Shown one piece after another: positions 35,953 through 38,992 of a DNA stretch of 38,992 nucleotides. Under the pieces are notes generated by a model. The model did no database searches. It was not told where the DNA came from and saw only the letters and a list, made by a program, of their open reading frames with translations. The DNA is taken from positions 1 to 38,992 of the forward strand of contig JANOQV010000051.1 of the NCBI GenBank assembly GCA_031414955.1, read 5' to 3'. The translations under genes and the position numbers were made by a program. This stretch comes from Pedosphaera sp. (lineage in GTDB: Bacteria > Verrucomicrobiota > Verrucomicrobiia > Limisphaerales > SIBH01). Each line of letters begins with the position of its first letter. Positions within the stretch are counted from its first letter, which is position 1.

Positions 35953-36960
35953 TCAGCGCAGGAAAACCACGCGCAGAAAGTCAGTCGCGGGTTCCAGATC
36001 ATCCAGCAAAGCCTCCCAAGAGGCTCGGGTGTGCCCCAACGATTCCGGCGATTTCCCCTCCAGAGCCGAGACCGTGATGAGTCTCATGACCACCGCGTCA
36101 CTCGTTAAGAACCCGGCCAGCTTCTTTGCCTCCACCGGATGCGGCGCGTGGCGCGCGATCGCGACTGAGTTTGGGATCAGCACCGAATCCCCGTCCGTGG
36201 GCAGCGAGGTGATGGGCAAGCCCTCGCGCTGGCCTGCGGCGATGTCATCGGAGTCCGTGAGGCCAACCAGCGCCTCGCCCCGGCCGACGAGTTTCACCAC
36301 GACCGAGTTGCCATCGAGCAGGAACGGCTGGTTCGCGGCCAGCGCGCGACACCATTGCTCCCAGCGTTCCACGCCCCAATGCCGGCGCAGCGCGCTAAAC
36401 TGTGCCGAGGTGGTGCCGAACATCGGGTAAGCCAGCGCGACTTGGCCGCGCCATGCCGCGTTGGTGAGTTCCGCGAGCGACTGCGGCGCGGAGGCGAGCG
36501 CGAGCTTGTTGGTGTTGATGACGATGCGCCGGCTGCGAAAGCCAAACTCGACGACCGTGTTCGTATCGAGCGCGCCGCGCCGGGCCAGTTGCCGCGTGCG
36601 CAACGCCTCGTTGCTCCACCACACGTCGCACTGCGGATGCTTTGCCTCAGCGAGCAGGCGATTCGCCAGCCCCACGGTCTTCACCGCTTCACTGTCGTAA
36701 ACCGCGCGGACCTTGATCCCGGTTTGCTTGGTGAACTCGTGGAGAATCGGCTCGGCGAACTGCTGGTCCTGCGAGGTGTAAATGATGACTTGGCTTCGCG
36801 GCTTCCCTTTGAGGGCGCTGATCGCAGGAAACAGCATTGCCACCAGCAGGGCGACGAATAGGAGGACTCCTCCTCCCAACCAGAAATGAGACTGCACCTC
36901 GCACCAGGCAAAGTAGTCTTTGCGCCACCTGGGTCTCTTGTTGTCGGAGTCAACGCTCAC
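35953..36960 (-). CDS. ABC transporter substrate-binding protein (Fe3+/polyamine-type fold), TM-anchored
   Basis: VIIYTSQDQQFAEPIL..F...TGIKV, DSEAVKTVGL, DVWWSNE, AYPMFGTT, GLTDSDD, IPNSVA. Confidence 0.85.
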   Translation of the reverse strand: MSVDSDNKRPRWRKDYFAWCEVQSHFWLGGGVLLFVALLVAMLFPAISALKGKPRSQVIIYTSQDQQFAEPILHEFTKQTGIKVRAVYDSEAVKTVGLANRLLAEAKHPQCDVWWSNEALRTRQLARRGALDTNTVVEFGFRSRRIVINTNKLALASAPQSLAELTNAAWRGQVALAYPMFGTTSAQFSALRRHWGVERWEQWCRALAANQPFLLDGNSVVVKLVGRGEALVGLTDSDDIAAGQREGLPITSLPTDGDSVLIPNSVAIARHAPHPVEAKKLAGFLTSDAVVMRLITVSALEGKSPESLGHTRASWEALLDDLEPATDFLRVVFLR

Positions 36961-36969
36961 AGTCGCTCC

Positions 36970-38817
36970 TCATGCCGACCTCTTGTGATACCACCACCAC
37001 TCGAAGAGCAGCACGGCCAGTCCGGCCAGCGCGATCCAGCGCCACAGCTCCAGGTTCGCGCGCTCCAGACGGGTCGCGGCCACGCCGGCGCCGAACTTGC
37101 CCAGCGGCAATTCCTCGCGCGGACGGATGTCGCTCTCCGCCGCGTCCATCAGGTTCACGCAGAAGGACAGATCGTTCGTTCCGGCACGCAGCTTGTAGAT
37201 GCCCTGCTTCGTGGTGTCGCCGAAGATGATCTCTCGCGTGTTCTTCTCGACCGCAACGGTCTTCACCGTGCCGTCGGGCGTGGTGATTTGCGCGGTGTTC
37301 ACGGCCTCGGCGAGTGCGAGGCGGAACGGGTCGCCGGACTTCACGGTGAGTTGACTCGCGTTGCCACTGGCGGGGTTCAGCCACTCGAGCGCGTTTTGGA
37401 TGAAGATTGGAAACGAGATGCGCAGCGGCCAGGTGGTCTGCATGGTGTCGAAGCCAAGCCAGACGATCCGCTTGCGCTCAATCTCGCCGGCGATGACGAG
37501 CGGCGTTGCGGAGGAATCGACAATCGGCACGCCCCAGCGCGGTGCCTTGACGGCCAGCGATTCGTTGATGAACACGTTGTCGAAGCTGACGAAGCGCAGC
37601 AGCGGGTGCGTGTTCTTCCAATCGACAATGGCCGGCGCCTCAGCGCGCGACACGTCGGCGAACAGGTTGGTGAAGTTGACGTGGATGGCGAGCACACTGC
37701 CCTTGGGCCACACCACCGGCGTCACGTCATCCAGCACCACGATGTCGTAGCCGGGCGCGTCGTCGGCCAGCACGGCGGCGATGGTGAGTTGCACGTTCGG
37801 CACGGGGCGGATGGCTTTTTCGAGGAATCGATTACCGCGCGTGACCAGCAGCACCTTCACCGGGCGCGGCAGAATGCTGACGACCGAGGCCTGGTTGTCC
37901 GCCGCGAGATCGTCGGCTCCACCGAGCTTGATCGTGAAGATGCCGTCGCGCGGTTGGCTGGCGAGGAAGACGATCGGCAGCGTGTTGGTGCCGGTCGCGG
38001 TGATGGACTTCGTCTCCACCACGTCATTGCCGAAACGCAACTCGATGTCGGTGATTTGGGTGTTCGTGCTGGGATTCACCACGCTGGTGAAGATGGCGCG
38101 CTGGGCGGGATTGTCGGGATTGGCCCGCACGTCCAGCGAGGCGAGGCCGAGGTTGTTCGCACGCTCGCCGACGCGATGATAGATGAGCGGCAGGTTCTTG
38201 TTCTCGAACTCGGCGAGGCTCGGAATCGCGCCATCGCTGAAGAGGTGAATCTCGGGATTGTCCCGCTCCGCTTGGTTCTTCACCAGCGTCTCCGCCAGTT
38301 GCAACGCCTCGCGCATCCGTGTGGGTGCATCCGTGGGGCGTGCCGTTTCAATGGCCCGGCGCAACGCGCCCTTGTCGCTGGTGGCGGATTGCTTCACCTC
38401 GGTGTACGCGGCGGCGACGAGCACGACCATCTGGTCGTTATCCTTCAATCCATCCACCCACTTGAGCGCCTCGGTTCGGGCCTGCTCGAACCGCGATGGC
38501 TTCACGTCCGTGGCCTGCATCGAAGCGGAAGCGTCGAGAATGAGCACGCGCAGCCGGCTGCTCTTGGCCGTGCCGACGAAGTAAGGGCGCGACAGAGCGA
38601 ACACCGCCAGCAACAGCATCAAGATTTGCAGGAGCAGCAGCCAGTTGTGACGAAGGCGTTGGAAGGGAGCATTGGCCTGCGTCTCAGCGAGAAACTTCTG
38701 CCAGAGCAACGTGCTGGAGATGAGCTTCACCACCCGCTTGCGCTTGAGCAGATAGAATACAATCACCACCGGGATGGCGGCGGCGAAGGCGAAGGCTGCG
38801 GGCGCGAGGAAATTCAC
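36970..38817 (-). CDS. BatA-like N-terminal domain + vWA domain membrane protein
   Basis: VNFLAP..IPVVIVFYLLKRKR..SSTLLW..LLLLQIL..LSRP; MIDAS LDASASM; LFSDG; C-terminal ELWRWIALAGLAVLLFEWW. GTG 38817 with upstream GAGGTGGAG. Confidence 0.9.
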   Translation of the reverse strand: MNFLAPAAFAFAAAIPVVIVFYLLKRKRVVKLISSTLLWQKFLAETQANAPFQRLRHNWLLLLQILMLLLAVFALSRPYFVGTAKSSRLRVLILDASASMQATDVKPSRFEQARTEALKWVDGLKDNDQMVVLVAAAYTEVKQSATSDKGALRRAIETARPTDAPTRMREALQLAETLVKNQAERDNPEIHLFSDGAIPSLAEFENKNLPLIYHRVGERANNLGLASLDVRANPDNPAQRAIFTSVVNPSTNTQITDIELRFGNDVVETKSITATGTNTLPIVFLASQPRDGIFTIKLGGADDLAADNQASVVSILPRPVKVLLVTRGNRFLEKAIRPVPNVQLTIAAVLADDAPGYDIVVLDDVTPVVWPKGSVLAIHVNFTNLFADVSRAEAPAIVDWKNTHPLLRFVSFDNVFINESLAVKAPRWGVPIVDSSATPLVIAGEIERKRIVWLGFDTMQTTWPLRISFPIFIQNALEWLNPASGNASQLTVKSGDPFRLALAEAVNTAQITTPDGTVKTVAVEKNTREIIFGDTTKQGIYKLRAGTNDLSFCVNLMDAAESDIRPREELPLGKFGAGVAATRLERANLELWRWIALAGLAVLLFEWWWYHKRSA

Positions 38818-38840
38818 CGCTCCACCTCGTGGTGTGTGGA

Positions 38841-38941
38841 AAAGCGGCGCTGAAGCGACCGCACTCCAAACGCTGGCGCGCGGCACCAGGCGCCTTGTCA
38901 TGCGCGGAGCGTTTGGAGTGCGGTCGCGTTATCGCCGCTTT
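38841..38941. repeat. REP doublet (BIME/REPIN-like inverted pair)
   Basis: AAAGCGGCG..GCGACCGCACTCCAAACGCT [spacer] AGCGTTTGGAGTGCGGTCGC..CGCCGCTTT; 20-bp perfect inverted core. Confidence 0.8.
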
Positions 38942-38992
38942 CGGATGCGCAGTGACGGTGGAGGAGTGGCGGTCAGCCCAGTCCGCCGAGGG

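Noticed and set aside
36886..38853. Long antisense ORFs (655 aa here; also 5052-6716, 10284-11777, 12418-13998, 32389-34083 and others)
   Set aside because: They are shadow ORFs opposite well-supported genes, expected from high-GC codon bias, and have no recognisable motifs.
38973..38992. Possible 3' end of an upstream minus-strand gene (..LGGLG*), e.g. a DUF58 partner of the vWA gene
   Set aside because: Only 20 nt are visible, too little to support a call.

Overview
This is a GC-rich bacterial chromosomal window. Its gene content (DUF1592 cytochrome-like proteins, a giant secreted M36 protease, GSII, REP-like palindromes) suggests Verrucomicrobiota, probably Pedosphaera/Limisphaerales-like; this is inference. 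The window opens inside the left end of an IS5-family element. About 26 complete CDS follow: ThuA-domain protein, two DUF1592 proteins, glutaredoxin, lipA, a 2536-aa M36 metalloprotease, phosphohexomutase, CvpA-family protein, cefD-like/ispB/ECF sigma/anti-sigma, GDPD, LysR divergent from pirin/small membrane protein/YceI, DUF885, a 3x91-aa-repeat beta-propeller divergent from a SigH/SigR-like ECF with a ZAS anti-sigma, TPR protein, sigma54-driven glnII, dtd, a C39-PHP fusion ORF, hpnA-like, ABC substrate-binding protein and a vWA protein. No rRNA, tRNA or CRISPR array was seen. Four observations stand out: (1) a strong Thr-Asn dipeptide bias largely confined to exported proteins; (2) an ECF/anti-sigma/tri-cysteine propeller module with a matching GGAAC-N18-GTT promoter; (3) a 144-bp palindromic heptamer-repeat element that joins two genes in frame, within a cluster of different short palindromic elements; (4) two DUF1592 genes that both lack their usual DUF1552 partner. 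Family assignments come from motif recognition by eye, not database searches.
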